Positions 1 to 9,844 of a stretch of DNA of 64,000 nucleotides are shown piece by piece. Location of the stretch: positions 185 through 64,184 of IMG/VR virus record IMGVR_UViG_3300033128_000027. One strand, given 5' to 3'. Positions within the stretch are counted from its first letter, which is position 1; every line of letters starts with the position of its first letter. Both the position numbers and the translations under genes were made by a program. Below the pieces are notes generated by a model. It was not told the origin of the DNA. It did not search any database and saw only the letters and a list, made by a program, of their open reading frames with translations. This DNA is from a virus.

Positions 1-1
1 A

Positions 2-448
2 TTTTCTCAATGCTATGTCTATGTACTCTAATATTCCACTGTCATCTAAGTTGTAATAAATTTCAATATTTTTCGTACTAACTTCAACAACCTTGTTTAT
101 TGCTTGGATTTTATTATTAATATGCTCGTTTAATAGAAATTTAATTTCTTTTATTATTGAGTCTCCTCTTAGAAAAATTGTGGATTCACTTGAATATTTA
201 AAATGTTTAACTTCTAAATATGAGATTAATTTATTCATCCATTCTTCTTTATTATTCAATTCTAATGGTTTATCATATATGTGTAATACAATAAAGTTGT
301 CGCCCCATCTTTTTGTGATGAAATACTTAGACATGTCGTCTATATGTTTTAGTTTTGATTTACTCGTTTTAACTTTTTCTCCCATTGATAGGCATAGTTC
401 TTTATAGTTTTTATACGTTTTCCCTACTTCTAATTTACTTGTATTCAT
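2..448 (-). CDS. Hypothetical protein, truncated by window edge; N-terminal paralog of the 385-aa protein
   Basis: Manual translation: GGAGG RBS then MNTSKLEVGKTYKNYKELCLSMGEKVKTSKSKLKHIDDMSKYF..., open to position 1; aligns with MNISKLQIGKEYKNYKVLCSELGEPIKSGKSK. Confidence 0.8.
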   Translation of the reverse strand, partial: MNTSKLEVGKTYKNYKELCLSMGEKVKTSKSKLKHIDDMSKYFITKRWGDNFIVLHIYDKPLELNNKEEWMNKLISYLEVKHFKYSSESTIFLRGDSIIKEIKFLLNEHINNKIQAINKVVEVSTKNIEIYYNLDDSGILEYIDIALRK

Positions 449-583
449 TAATACAAAACCTCCAATATAATAAATTTATGAGAAGACAAAGTGGTTTACT
501 TTGTCTGAACGCCAAGGAACTTTTGCGTTCTTTGCAAAAGTGGGCTGGCAAGCCTATTTTCTATTATTAAAATTTAAGTTGTG

Positions 584-653
584 AAAGTTGTCACCTATTT
601 GTTTTCCATTTATAAATAATAATAATTAAGGAGAGGTATTAGGTGACAACTTT
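584..653. repeat. Perfect 14-bp inverted repeat with 42-bp spacer
   Basis: AAAGTTGTCACCTA (584-597) / TAGGTGACAACTTT (640-653). Confidence 0.9.
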
Positions 654-666
654 TAATTTATTTATA

Positions 667-1824
667 TTAAGACTGAACATTTACCTCTTCCATATCATTA
701 AAGATGCTAATTGCTTTATTATATATTAACAGTTCCGATAATCTGTTCTGATTTTCTGCGTATGTATCTTTCATTCTCATATTTATTCTAGATGCTGCAG
801 CTATACTCTTTTTACTTGTATCAGTAATTAATGCTTTTTTATGTCTTCTTAATGAATTCGCCTGGAGTTTATTAATTACACTATCATTAACTATCTCTCT
901 GATATCTACATTTCCTTTTAATCTATTAATTTGGTATTCCATCATCTCATTCCATTCTTCATTAACGTATTCCTCTGTGAATGTTATTTCATAAGAATTA
1001 TAAAAAAAGTAAATGTTAGCTTTCTCCATAAGGATACTTCTTAATTCCTGATAGAATTCATCCTGTTTATTCTTTCTGAAAACCTCTTGAACATTGTCAC
1101 ATTTATATACAGTTTTTAGTAATCTTTTGCGTTCGGTAACTATTAGTTTTGCTTCCTCTTCTGTAGCTTTACGATGAATAAATTTACCTTTTGAGTTGAG
1201 TAGTTTAGCTTCTGAATTTACTTCTTCAAACTCGTTGTAAGTTTCCGTAACATCTAATTGAACTTCACCTAAATCATTATATGTTAGAGTTTCTAAATCA
1301 GCTTTACACACAGTTAAAGCACTATTCCAAATAATTAAACTTTCATTTTGAAGACTGTTAAGTGCTGATTCTATTGATCTTTTTAACATACTATCAGAAG
1401 TTGTAAAAAATTCTTGTACTTCATCAAGTCCCATATCGATATATTTTGCAAATCGTAACAGTTTTCTTTTTGCATATGTATAATTTGTATTTATCATATC
1501 TACACTTTTTAATAATTGATTAGCAGTTATGAATAAATGACCATCGTTATCACTGTTATTTAGTTCATCAAGTATTAAACTTCTAACTAAGTCAGTATGT
1601 TTATCCAGCTTTCTACCTTTAACCTTTGCATTGGATTGTGCAGGTAAATCAAAGACTTTACTTATTACAAATTTATTGCCTTTTTTCTCATAGCTAAAAT
1701 GATTCTTAAATTGTTCAAGCTGAAGTATTTTAGATTTACCAGATTTAATAGGTTCACCAAGCTCTGAACATAAAACTTTATAATTTTTATATTCTTTTCC
1801 TATTTGTAATTTACTTATATTCAT
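667..1824 (-). CDS. Hypothetical protein (385 aa), possible DNA-binding/replication protein
   Basis: Long ORF with GGAG RBS; Lys-rich N-terminal domain shared with neighbouring ORF; function is inference only. Confidence 0.75.
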   Translation of the reverse strand: MNISKLQIGKEYKNYKVLCSELGEPIKSGKSKILQLEQFKNHFSYEKKGNKFVISKVFDLPAQSNAKVKGRKLDKHTDLVRSLILDELNNSDNDGHLFITANQLLKSVDMINTNYTYAKRKLLRFAKYIDMGLDEVQEFFTTSDSMLKRSIESALNSLQNESLIIWNSALTVCKADLETLTYNDLGEVQLDVTETYNEFEEVNSEAKLLNSKGKFIHRKATEEEAKLIVTERKRLLKTVYKCDNVQEVFRKNKQDEFYQELRSILMEKANIYFFYNSYEITFTEEYVNEEWNEMMEYQINRLKGNVDIREIVNDSVINKLQANSLRRHKKALITDTSKKSIAAASRINMRMKDTYAENQNRLSELLIYNKAISIFNDMEEVNVQS

Positions 1825-1862
1825 TGATGGAATTTTACTCCTTTAGAATTTAATATGGTTGC

Positions 1863-2054
1863 TTATAATTTACTATTAGTCAATGACTTATATGTATTTA
1901 TGTAACTCGTTAACAAGTCTGTTCTTTTAAATAACGTAAATATACGTTGAGTTTTAGGATTAGATGCGATTGTATAATACGGTTGTTTATTTGTTCTAAG
2001 ATAATCTGCTAAGTCTAAGTCATAACAGAAGAATACTTCTTTTCTTATGTCCAT
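1863..2054 (-). CDS. Small phage protein, DUF5659-like
   Basis: FFCYDLDLADYLR...NPKTQRIFTLFKRTDLL pattern; GAAGGTG RBS. Confidence 0.6.
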   Translation of the reverse strand: MDIRKEVFFCYDLDLADYLRTNKQPYYTIASNPKTQRIFTLFKRTDLLTSYINTYKSLTNSKL

Positions 2055-2073
2055 TTAATTCACCTTCTTATAA

Positions 2074-2262
2074 TTATTTAAATAATATTTTATAATCTTT
2101 CCAGCTTAGACATTTACACATATTCAATTGATACTCTATTTGTTCCTTTACTACTGGATCAGTTTCATGTAATAGTAATGTATGTAACCTAGTTATCTCT
2201 TTTATGTTCTTTCGTCCCTGTTTAGGATAGTTACCCGAAATTGAATAAGTTAATCCGAACAT
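2074..2262 (-). CDS. Hypothetical protein (62 aa)
   Basis: ORF track; AGGTAGG RBS. Confidence 0.6.
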   Translation of the reverse strand: MFGLTYSISGNYPKQGRKNIKEITRLHTLLLHETDPVVKEQIEYQLNMCKCLSWKDYKILFK

Positions 2263-2397
2263 TATTACCTACCTTTCTATTAATTTATTATATATTAGCC
2301 CACTTGAAAAAGAATAGAACTCTACTCCTCTATTATATCATAAAAGCAACGTAACGAACATTAGTAATTTAATTTTATTTAAAGTTTTTACTAATGT

Positions 2398-2610
2398 TTA
2401 TCGCTGTCTTTTAGTCCTAGCATATTCTTCTAAATCAGACTTCAAATATAATCTTATCTTTCTATTCGTACCGTATTCTACAAATGGCTTGATTGAGCCT
2501 GCAGCAACTGATTGATTAAAGCCTGGCTTAGATTGTTTAGTAATCTGCATAGCTTCTTCTTGCATAACTAGGTTATTGTGTATCCATTGTTTGATTTTAT
2601 CATTGTTCAT
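2398..2610 (-). CDS. HTH_17/excisionase-like DNA-binding protein
   Basis: LVMQEEAMQITKQSKPGFNQSVAAGSIKPF...RLYLKSDL pattern; AGGAG RBS. Confidence 0.7.
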   Translation of the reverse strand: MNNDKIKQWIHNNLVMQEEAMQITKQSKPGFNQSVAAGSIKPFVEYGTNRKIRLYLKSDLEEYARTKRQR

Positions 2611-2676
2611 TTGTTAGTTCTCCTTTGTTAGTTATATACAGTTGATAATATGTCATATGGATAGATATGCAGATGG

Positions 2677-3789
2677 TTATTTACTAAGGTACTCCCATCC
2701 ATATTTAAATTCCCAGGATGGCTTGATATTACTATTATTGAATACATAATCGATATATTTTCGCATTGACCAAGACTTTCTATATTTAAACGTTGCTATT
2801 GCTTCCTGGTTATTGTTTGTGTAATTAATGGATACTTTCCCCTTATCAATAAGAATATTAGCGTAATCAGCTAACATATGAGTGTCTGGAATTGAGTCTA
2901 TTATAGTTTGTTTAGGTTTAGATGCTGTTTTGTTTAGCGTTGATTCGTCTGTAGTGTCCATAGTTGTATGATTATCTATATACAGTTTAATTCCTTTTAA
3001 CGCAGCTTCTAAGGATAAATACACAAAGTCAGATAGTTCATGATTGATTAATCCAGTGATATTATCTGTGAATGTAACATGATATTTATATATAGTCTCA
3101 CCTAATAGAACCGCTTTATGGTTATGTTTATCAAGTGAAGAGAATAATTCAATTTTATATTCGTTTGTTGTGTAGGTATCGACTAGAGTTTTTTCTTCTG
3201 TGTTGACTGGTGTTTCTTGTAGAAAGTGCCTTTTTATGAAGTCTTCAACATCAGAAATACTCCAGATTTCTTTTTCCGTATCTCTCACATTATTAGCTAA
3301 GTGGTTCTCTATTTGAATAAATTTGACTATAATTCCATCTTTAATCAATTGATCGAGATGTGAACCTTGTCTATATAATTCCATTTGATATAAATTATTT
3401 TCTCTATCCTCGATATATAAATTTTGATTTTTCAAGAAACATATCTTAATTTTTTTCATCTCTAGTTCTGAAATTATATTTTTAAAATCTACTGCAATGA
3501 TATTTGTTTCTTGAGTATCTTCAGAGATAACTTCTTCAAATACTTGAGGAGCTTCTGCAACTACGTATGTACCAATAATTAACTTATCTTCTTTACCAAA
3601 TGAGATAATAACTTGACCGTCAATTAATTGCATTTGCTTTGCCATTGTAGATAATCTAATTCCATTGTTAATAGTTGTAAAATATACTCTTCCGTTGCTA
3701 GTACGGTCAACTCTTAATGAAGTGTATTCTCTATCGTTATGTTTACCTGAGTGTTTGAATTCATTAGCGTTTAAAGTTACTTGGATCAT
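2677..3789 (-). CDS. Hypothetical modular phage protein (370 aa)
   Basis: ORF track; AGGAG RBS; promoter block upstream. Confidence 0.75.
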   Translation of the reverse strand: MIQVTLNANEFKHSGKHNDREYTSLRVDRTSNGRVYFTTINNGIRLSTMAKQMQLIDGQVIISFGKEDKLIIGTYVVAEAPQVFEEVISEDTQETNIIAVDFKNIISELEMKKIKICFLKNQNLYIEDRENNLYQMELYRQGSHLDQLIKDGIIVKFIQIENHLANNVRDTEKEIWSISDVEDFIKRHFLQETPVNTEEKTLVDTYTTNEYKIELFSSLDKHNHKAVLLGETIYKYHVTFTDNITGLINHELSDFVYLSLEAALKGIKLYIDNHTTMDTTDESTLNKTASKPKQTIIDSIPDTHMLADYANILIDKGKVSINYTNNNQEAIATFKYRKSWSMRKYIDYVFNNSNIKPSWEFKYGWEYLSK

Positions 3790-3837
3790 GTTAATCGTCT
3801 CCTTTAATTTTATATTTAATTCCTTATCTTTAATTAA

Positions 3838-3887
3838 ATTATAACATATTATTAGTTATATGTATATAAGTAATTTATTTATATTTA
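3838..3887 (-). promoter_or_regulatory. sigmaA-type promoter with 18-bp motif upstream (copy 1 of a 50-bp block)
   Basis: Minus strand TAAATATAAATAAATTAC, then TATACA-17-TATAAT with extended TG; 47/50 identical to 5090-5139. Confidence 0.7.
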
Positions 3888-4060
3888 GGTTATTTTTATA
3901 GATCCCTTTTCATTACGTAATATTCGTTTATTCTTCAATACTTCAAACCAAAATATATAATTAATTTTACCGTCTTGGATAGCTGAACCATCTAACCAAC
4001 TAAATAAGGAAACGTAATAATGATTACCCATATACACTAAACAGATCCGTCTATCATAGT

Positions 4061-4327
4061 CTAACTTTGTTTGATCTGATGAATATGTACATAAACTTCC
4101 TTGTCTAAGTATTTTATATACTCGTCTAATCCCTTCCACTCCTTTGTAAGCCATTCTTTAGGCTCATAATAGAAACATATATCGTTTAGTTGTTTGATTG
4201 ATTCATATGTCTTAAAGTAAGGCTGAAATAATTTAATAGTGTCATGGTCTATCATCTTACAGTTTTGAGAATATTGACATGTATTACAGAAACGTTTATT
4301 ACCTTGATAGGTTGTTATAAAAAACAC
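4061..4327 (-). CDS. Hypothetical protein (about 88 aa, Cys-containing; start uncertain)
   Basis: ORF track; AGGAGGTG nearby; CxxC motif. Confidence 0.45.
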   Translation of the reverse strand: MFFITTYQGNKRFCNTCQYSQNCKMIDHDTIKLFQPYFKTYESIKQLNDICFYYEPKEWLTKEWKGLDEYIKYLDKEVYVHIHQIKQS

Positions 4328-4347
4328 CTCCTTTTAATTTATTTATA

Positions 4348-5043
4348 TTATATTGCTAATAGTTCATATTCTTCTAGCTCATTTGATGTTAGTTGTCTAT
4401 TGTATGCTATAGCTCCATATCTTCCTATTGAATCATCAAGTTTAACATGTCCTTTAGGCTGACAATAAGGTGAGAACCCTCTTAAAGAGTATTGATACCA
4501 GTAATTTGATTCTTCTTGTTTAGTTGGTTTAGTTGATTCTATTTCAATTTTATCATTATAATTTATTTCTTTTATTTCTTGGATAATCGTATATTCAAAG
4601 TCTGAACCATCACAGTATACCTGAGCTTCCTCTAAAGTTTTGAATGAGATGTTAGCAACTGTATAGTAAACTTCTTCAGTATTCTCAATAGTGTTAGCTT
4701 CTTCTTGAATATCTTCAGTTATAACAACTTCCTCTGTTACAGTGTCATCATGTTTGTTTAAAGCTTCTTTGTTTATGTATAGTGAGATAGCTTTATTAGT
4801 GTACATTAAAGTAAGTTCAATTAAGTATGAGTCTTTATTGTAGAAAGGATTGTTATTTACAACTTTGATCCAAAAGTAGCAACCAGAATCAATTAGATTG
4901 TTTAGTTGTTCTTCAGTGATAACCTCAGCATCTTTAAGTTGTTTGTATGCTACCATATGTTTAGTGATATCTCTATTCCATTCATTAGTTGATAGTTCAG
5001 TTACTTCATATTGATTGAATACTAGAGTTTGTTTGTTGTTCAT
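4348..5043 (-). CDS. Phage protein with C-terminal DarA_C-like (defence against restriction A) domain
   Basis: C-terminus YWYQYSLRGFSPYCQPKG...YGAIAYNRQLTSNELEEYEL matches the DarA_C pattern as I recall it. Confidence 0.65.
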   Translation of the reverse strand: MNNKQTLVFNQYEVTELSTNEWNRDITKHMVAYKQLKDAEVITEEQLNNLIDSGCYFWIKVVNNNPFYNKDSYLIELTLMYTNKAISLYINKEALNKHDDTVTEEVVITEDIQEEANTIENTEEVYYTVANISFKTLEEAQVYCDGSDFEYTIIQEIKEINYNDKIEIESTKPTKQEESNYWYQYSLRGFSPYCQPKGHVKLDDSIGRYGAIAYNRQLTSNELEEYELLAI

Positions 5044-5089
5044 TTTAATGATCCCCTTTAAGTTTGATTTGTTATTATCTTATATACTT

Positions 5090-5139
5090 ATTATAACATA
5101 TAATTAAGTATATGTATATAAGTAATTTATTTATATTTA
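5090..5139 (-). promoter_or_regulatory. sigmaA-type promoter with 18-bp motif upstream (copy 2 of 50-bp block)
   Basis: Near-identical to 3838-3887; TATAAT -10 with TG. Confidence 0.7.
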
Positions 5140-5162
5140 AAATATTATCTAAAGGATATGAA

Positions 5163-5399
5163 TTATTTCACATCCTTATGTTTATACTTCCCTTTTGTTT
5201 CTTCTTTACGTTTTAGGACGTCTTCTTTAAAGAATAATCTTTCTCTATCCATAACTTTAATTGGTATAAGTATATCGCTATCAACTAATCTTTTTACATT
5301 TTGTCTAGTTGTGTTCAATATTTCAGTAGCTTCTTTCGTATTAACTATTTCTGTTTGAATAAACTTTATTAATTCCTCTTTGCTGTTAAACGTGTACAT
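5163..5399 (-). CDS. HTH_17/excisionase-like DNA-binding protein
   Basis: IVNTKEATEILNTTRQNVKRLVDSDILIPIK...RLFFKEDV; GAGGTGG RBS. Confidence 0.75.
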   Translation of the reverse strand: MYTFNSKEELIKFIQTEIVNTKEATEILNTTRQNVKRLVDSDILIPIKVMDRERLFFKEDVLKRKEETKGKYKHKDVK

Positions 5400-5430
5400 G
5401 TTTCCACCTCTTTAAGAAGGATAAGAAGGC

Positions 5431-5604
5431 TCATTTAGACACCTTCTTTTTGATAATAGAAAGGATTACTAATACTGTTCCTATACCTATGATGATGTCT
5501 GCTGCCGTTTGGAATGTACCTAGTGATGTATCAGATACAAAGCGAGTGATCCAATAAATGATCAAGACAGTTAGGAATAAATAATCTGATTTGAATATTT
5601 GCAT
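5431..5604 (-). CDS. Small two-TM membrane protein (57 aa, not in ORF track)
   Basis: Manual translation MQIFKSDYLFLTVLIIYWITRFVSDTSLGTFQTAADIIIGIGTVLVILSIIKKKVSK. Confidence 0.6.
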   Translation of the reverse strand: MQIFKSDYLFLTVLIIYWITRFVSDTSLGTFQTAADIIIGIGTVLVILSIIKKKVSK

Positions 5605-5678
5605 ATTGATTTGAGTTGTGGTATATATTATTTATTAACAAGGGAATCGGTGGCTAAACTTCTTCCCTTGTCGGTAAC

Positions 5679-5888
5679 CTACCTTCTTCTATGTGGAGAA
5701 GGTTTTCTTTTTCTCTTAGGTGGCTTATGTTTCTTTGGTTGCTTTCTCATACTTTTGATACGTGTAATCAATGATTCGTATGTAGCTATGATGTTTAGTA
5801 TCTTTTGTATAAGATTAGCAAACTTTTCTATCGTGTAGAATGTAGCACCTATGAGAGTGATAATGTAGAACAGTTTCTCATACCACAA
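5679..5888 (-). CDS. Small membrane peptide with very basic C-terminus (69 aa)
   Basis: AAGGAGGTGA RBS; N-terminal hydrophobic helix; KKHKPPKRKRKPSPHRRR tail. Confidence 0.75.
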   Translation of the reverse strand: MWYEKLFYIITLIGATFYTIEKFANLIQKILNIIATYESLITRIKSMRKQPKKHKPPKRKRKPSPHRRR

Positions 5889-5911
5889 CCTTATCTCACC
5901 TCCTTAATTAT

Positions 5912-5940
5912 ATTATACTATATTTGTTTACATATGTAAA
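5912..5940 (-). promoter_or_regulatory. sigmaA-type promoter
   Basis: TTTACA-17-TATAAT on minus strand upstream of the 69-aa gene. Confidence 0.7.
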
Positions 5941-6126
5941 TGATTAAATATAAATAAATTGAAATTATTTTGCGTATTATTTGTATTAATGATTATGTAT
6001 AGTACAGACTGATACAGTAAATGGATGATATGATAGTGATAAACTATATTGTGTACAATTTAATTATATAAGGTGAATATATTCTGTTCTATTGTAAGTA
6101 TAACACATAGATTCGTGCGGAACGGT

Positions 6127-6726
6127 TATCGGGCGACGGTGTAAAAAGTAACTATCAATCTAGAATTTATATCATTTTCAAATTTAAAATTTTACAAACT
6201 TTACCAATCAATAACCTTTTCATGCGTACGTAATAGCTGTTGAATTGATCAAATTTAACTTACATTTATTTCCTTTATCCCGATGGAATGGTTATTCTAT
6301 TGGGTTTTTTGAGTAAAAATAGGCTATTTTCTACTAATAAATGGTAATATAAAGGGGGCATAGTTTACATTTTTAACCCATTTATTACCTGGCAAAATAC
6401 CCCTAACACTTCCATCCACACACCGAACTTATTTTTCCATTTCATCTCAATTTATATCATTTTCACCCTATTTCTATCGGAAAGTCTATCGGAACACGTC
6501 GATAGAACCCTTGATATCATTGACTTTCTATTACCTCTCATTTTCTCAATTTCACCATTTTTACACCAAAAAGCGCCTCAAAGCCTTGTAGCTCTAAGGC
6601 GGAACGATACTCCACCTCGATAATCACTAATTTGCGTATCGAAAATATCTCACAAACCTTTATATATCAACTGTTCATCCCACTTTCCACCCTCATATTT
6701 ACCCTATCGACGATATACCTCTATCG
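6127..6726. repeat. Cluster of 10 TATCG/CGATA pentamers in a long non-coding region
   Basis: Copies at 6127, 6475, 6487, 6500, 6605, 6618, 6637, 6705, 6711, 6722. Confidence 0.75.
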
Positions 6727-6963
6727 GGAGGCTTATTTTACACTATTCCAATCCATCAAATTCCCACATACCATATACCTTTAAAAATAGCTAGATTTTA
6801 CCTTTACACTTTATTTCATTCATAAAACATCCTATATACTTTAATTTACTCTAATTTACTTCATATTACTACCTTATCTATTTTCACTATTTTCCATAAA
6901 AAATAGGCAGCTCATTATCTGAACCACCTGAAGTTAAATTGTTATGTAATTATTAATTAAAAG

Positions 6964-7788
6964 TCATTTCGTTTCTTTAATTGTTAATTTATTTTTATAA
7001 TCAATTAAGATACTCTTTGCTTCTTCTAAATCAGCAGTCAAACCAATTCTTTTTAATACACCATTCTCTCTAACTCTTACTTGCCATTTACTTGTCTTTT
7101 TTAACCACGTAATTCCTTTTATTCCAGATTGAAATTCAGATTTTCTCAATATGGGATTTTTTAGTAATTCTTCACCTGTCCAACCTCTCCTATATCTTTC
7201 TCCTACTAATCCAGATCTAAGATTATATTCTTTTTCCCATTCTGCACTTGTTTTAGTAATATTATTAATGGTAATTAAGGTATTGTTTCTTCTATTATTC
7301 TGTTGTGTAACCATATCAACCCATCTACAATTGTTCGGTTCATAGTTACCATTGACATTAATCCTATCTAAAGTGTATTTATCATTATAACCATTCCTCT
7401 TAGACCAATTGTAAAAATTTAGTACTCCATTTGCTTTATCCAACCACTCATCACAAACTGTAATACCTCTACCTCCGTAATTTTTATACTTCTGATTATT
7501 TTTGTTGTAACAACGCTGTTTCATTGTAGTCCATATGTTATAAATTCTTGTGTTTACCATATTGTGCTTAGTTGCATTTTTTATTTTTAATTCATCACGT
7601 AAACATCCACAGCTTCTGGTATTACCGTTGTTTAATTCCACTGCTAATTTATTTGTTTTGTTTCCACAGTCGCATTGACATGTCCACAGTAACATTCCTT
7701 TTTTATTTCGAAGTTTCTGTTCTACAGCAATTAATCTTCCAAACCTTTCTCCTTTACGAATAAAATGTTTTTTACTACCCATAATCAT
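6964..7788 (-). CDS. HNH homing endonuclease with C-terminal AP2-like domain
   Basis: CQCDCG...SCGC, MKQRC...YGGRGITVCDEW, TLDRINVNGNYEPNNCRW; GIKGITW...WQVRV AP2-like tail. Confidence 0.88.
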   Translation of the reverse strand: MIMGSKKHFIRKGERFGRLIAVEQKLRNKKGMLLWTCQCDCGNKTNKLAVELNNGNTRSCGCLRDELKIKNATKHNMVNTRIYNIWTTMKQRCYNKNNQKYKNYGGRGITVCDEWLDKANGVLNFYNWSKRNGYNDKYTLDRINVNGNYEPNNCRWVDMVTQQNNRRNNTLITINNITKTSAEWEKEYNLRSGLVGERYRRGWTGEELLKNPILRKSEFQSGIKGITWLKKTSKWQVRVRENGVLKRIGLTADLEEAKSILIDYKNKLTIKETK

Positions 7789-7809
7789 ATACTCCTTTTC
7801 AATTTAGTT

Positions 7810-9621
7810 TTATTTAATTATTCTTTCGCCAAAATACTCTTCAATGAATACAGATCCTTCTCCAATTTGACTCACATAAAGGTTCTTCTTACTGCGAGTA
7901 ACCGCAACATACCAGAGCCTACTTTCTTCATCTAACTTTGCCTTTTCATGGGGGAACTTCTTCTCTTCTACTCCAACTAAGAAACAATTTGAAAATTCAA
8001 GACCTTTTGAAGAATGTACACTCATTAATTTAACACTATTCTTCTTAGCTTTCTTACTCATGTTTGTACCATAAACATAATTGATAAACTCCTCTAAGTT
8101 GTCTGTCTTAACAAACCCTTTCAGTATGTTCATGTTTTTCAATCGTTCCTGGATTTCTTCCTCATTAGTATAAGTTTCATATATGTAGTTCGTTAATTTA
8201 AACAATTTAATTATATTATCAATCAAACTTTTAATTCCTATGTTACGTTCCTTCTGCATTCTCAACCTATTTATATTCTGTTCAAATTGATTCTTCTTCT
8301 CATAGTGCCATTTAGCATCAAACTTATAATCCAAGAAATTCTCATATAGAGATAGTCCATTCTTAGCAGATTGTTCTTGCACATCTTTCAATATCGTATT
8401 CTTAAAGAATTTTAATGAATCGTTCCTTAAATTCCAAACATTTATGAAAGCTGCGTCATCTTGCAAATTATGTACTAATCTTAAATAACTCATAATAGCC
8501 AGTATCTCTTTCCTTTGGAAAAATGAATCTGTAGATGTAATATCGTAGTCAATCTCCCTTACTCTAAGTTCATTTTCAATATGAGCAGCATGTGCATTCA
8601 TACGATATAATACAGATATTTCTTTTAACTCTTCTCCTTCTTCTATTAATCTCTCAATATGGTCAACTACTTTAATGGCTTCATCTTCTCTTGTTTGATA
8701 TGTATGTAATGTAATTTCTCCATCTTCTTCTGAGTTTGCAATAGAATCCTGGTAATGATCAAAGTTTTCAAAATAAGGTCGTATGAATTCATTTGCAGAG
8801 TTTACAATATTTCTAGAAGAACGGTAATTAATATCCAAGTGAAGAATCTTAGCATTCCAATCCTTTTGAAATTGCATCGCATACTCTAGATTTCCCGCTC
8901 TAAAGCTATAGATTGACTGGCGAATATCATACACTGCAAATATGTTCCCTTTCTTTGCTAACAATTTTAGTAACTCATTTTGTACAAGGTTTGAATCCTG
9001 ATGCTCGTCAATAAGAACATATGTATAATCCGTTAAATCTGGATTCTCCTTTAATACTTTATAGCATTCTAATAAGAAATCATCGAAATCACATAGTCGT
9101 TTCTTTTTCTTAAGTTCTTCGTATGTATGGTAAAACATTCTTAAAACTTCTTCTGTATAGTTTGTCTCTTTATAAACAAATTCATCATTCGGCATTCTCA
9201 TATAGTTCTTTTGATAAGAAATCCATGATAAAACTTCTGAAGTGTTCACCTTTGAATCAATTCGCTTAAACTCGTTTTCAATTTGCCAATCCTTAATTAA
9301 ATTTCTACTATTGATGTAACTCCCTGTTTTAGCTAAAATTCTTCCACATATAGCGTGAAATGTTCCTACGTGGATATCATTGAATCCCATTTTTGACAAT
9401 TTATTCTTCAACTCAGTGGCAGTTTTATTGGTGAAGCTAATAGCAAGAATCTCATTTTCTGGCACTCCATGAACATCAACTAAATTCCTAACCCTTTCTA
9501 AAATTATTCTCGTTTTCCCACTACCGGCTCCTGCAATTACACCAAAAGCTCCTTCTGTAACTTCAACTGCAGCTTTCTGTTGCTCATTCAGTTCAGTCAA
9601 ATAATCCTCTCCTTCATACAT
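7810..9621 (-). CDS. UvrD/PcrA-family SF1 DNA helicase
   Basis: AGAGSGKT, LIDEHQD, YDIRQSIYSFR, NYRS, MSVHSSKGLEF, YVAVTRSK motifs. Confidence 0.95.
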   Translation of the reverse strand: MYEGEDYLTELNEQQKAAVEVTEGAFGVIAGAGSGKTRIILERVRNLVDVHGVPENEILAISFTNKTATELKNKLSKMGFNDIHVGTFHAICGRILAKTGSYINSRNLIKDWQIENEFKRIDSKVNTSEVLSWISYQKNYMRMPNDEFVYKETNYTEEVLRMFYHTYEELKKKKRLCDFDDFLLECYKVLKENPDLTDYTYVLIDEHQDSNLVQNELLKLLAKKGNIFAVYDIRQSIYSFRAGNLEYAMQFQKDWNAKILHLDINYRSSRNIVNSANEFIRPYFENFDHYQDSIANSEEDGEITLHTYQTREDEAIKVVDHIERLIEEGEELKEISVLYRMNAHAAHIENELRVREIDYDITSTDSFFQRKEILAIMSYLRLVHNLQDDAAFINVWNLRNDSLKFFKNTILKDVQEQSAKNGLSLYENFLDYKFDAKWHYEKKNQFEQNINRLRMQKERNIGIKSLIDNIIKLFKLTNYIYETYTNEEEIQERLKNMNILKGFVKTDNLEEFINYVYGTNMSKKAKKNSVKLMSVHSSKGLEFSNCFLVGVEEKKFPHEKAKLDEESRLWYVAVTRSKKNLYVSQIGEGSVFIEEYFGERIIK

Positions 9622-9636
9622 TTTATATTAATAATT

Positions 9637-9654
9637 GTAATTTATTTATATTTA
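9637..9654 (-). promoter_or_regulatory. 18-bp repeated motif TAAATATAAATAAATTAC
   Basis: Perfect copy just upstream of the helicase start. Confidence 0.7.
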
Positions 9655-9844
9655 AAATACAATACTTAATTATAATTAAATTACAGTATGAATTATAGCT
9701 TGTGTATTAGCTTTATATAGTGTCCTAATAAATACCCTAGCATTTACACCTTCCCTACTTTAAATCCTCACAGTAAGTCTCCTGAATACCTTAGAATTGA
9801 TTATATAGACAAAGAAAATGGAGTGACAGTAATAAACCATCACT

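Noticed and set aside
93-570. Plus-strand ORFs 93-407 and 385-570
   Set aside because: Shadows of the RBS-bearing minus-strand gene 2-448
3885-4154. 89-aa minus-strand ORF
   Set aside because: Overlaps 4061-4327 by 94 nt, has no clear RBS and runs into the promoter block
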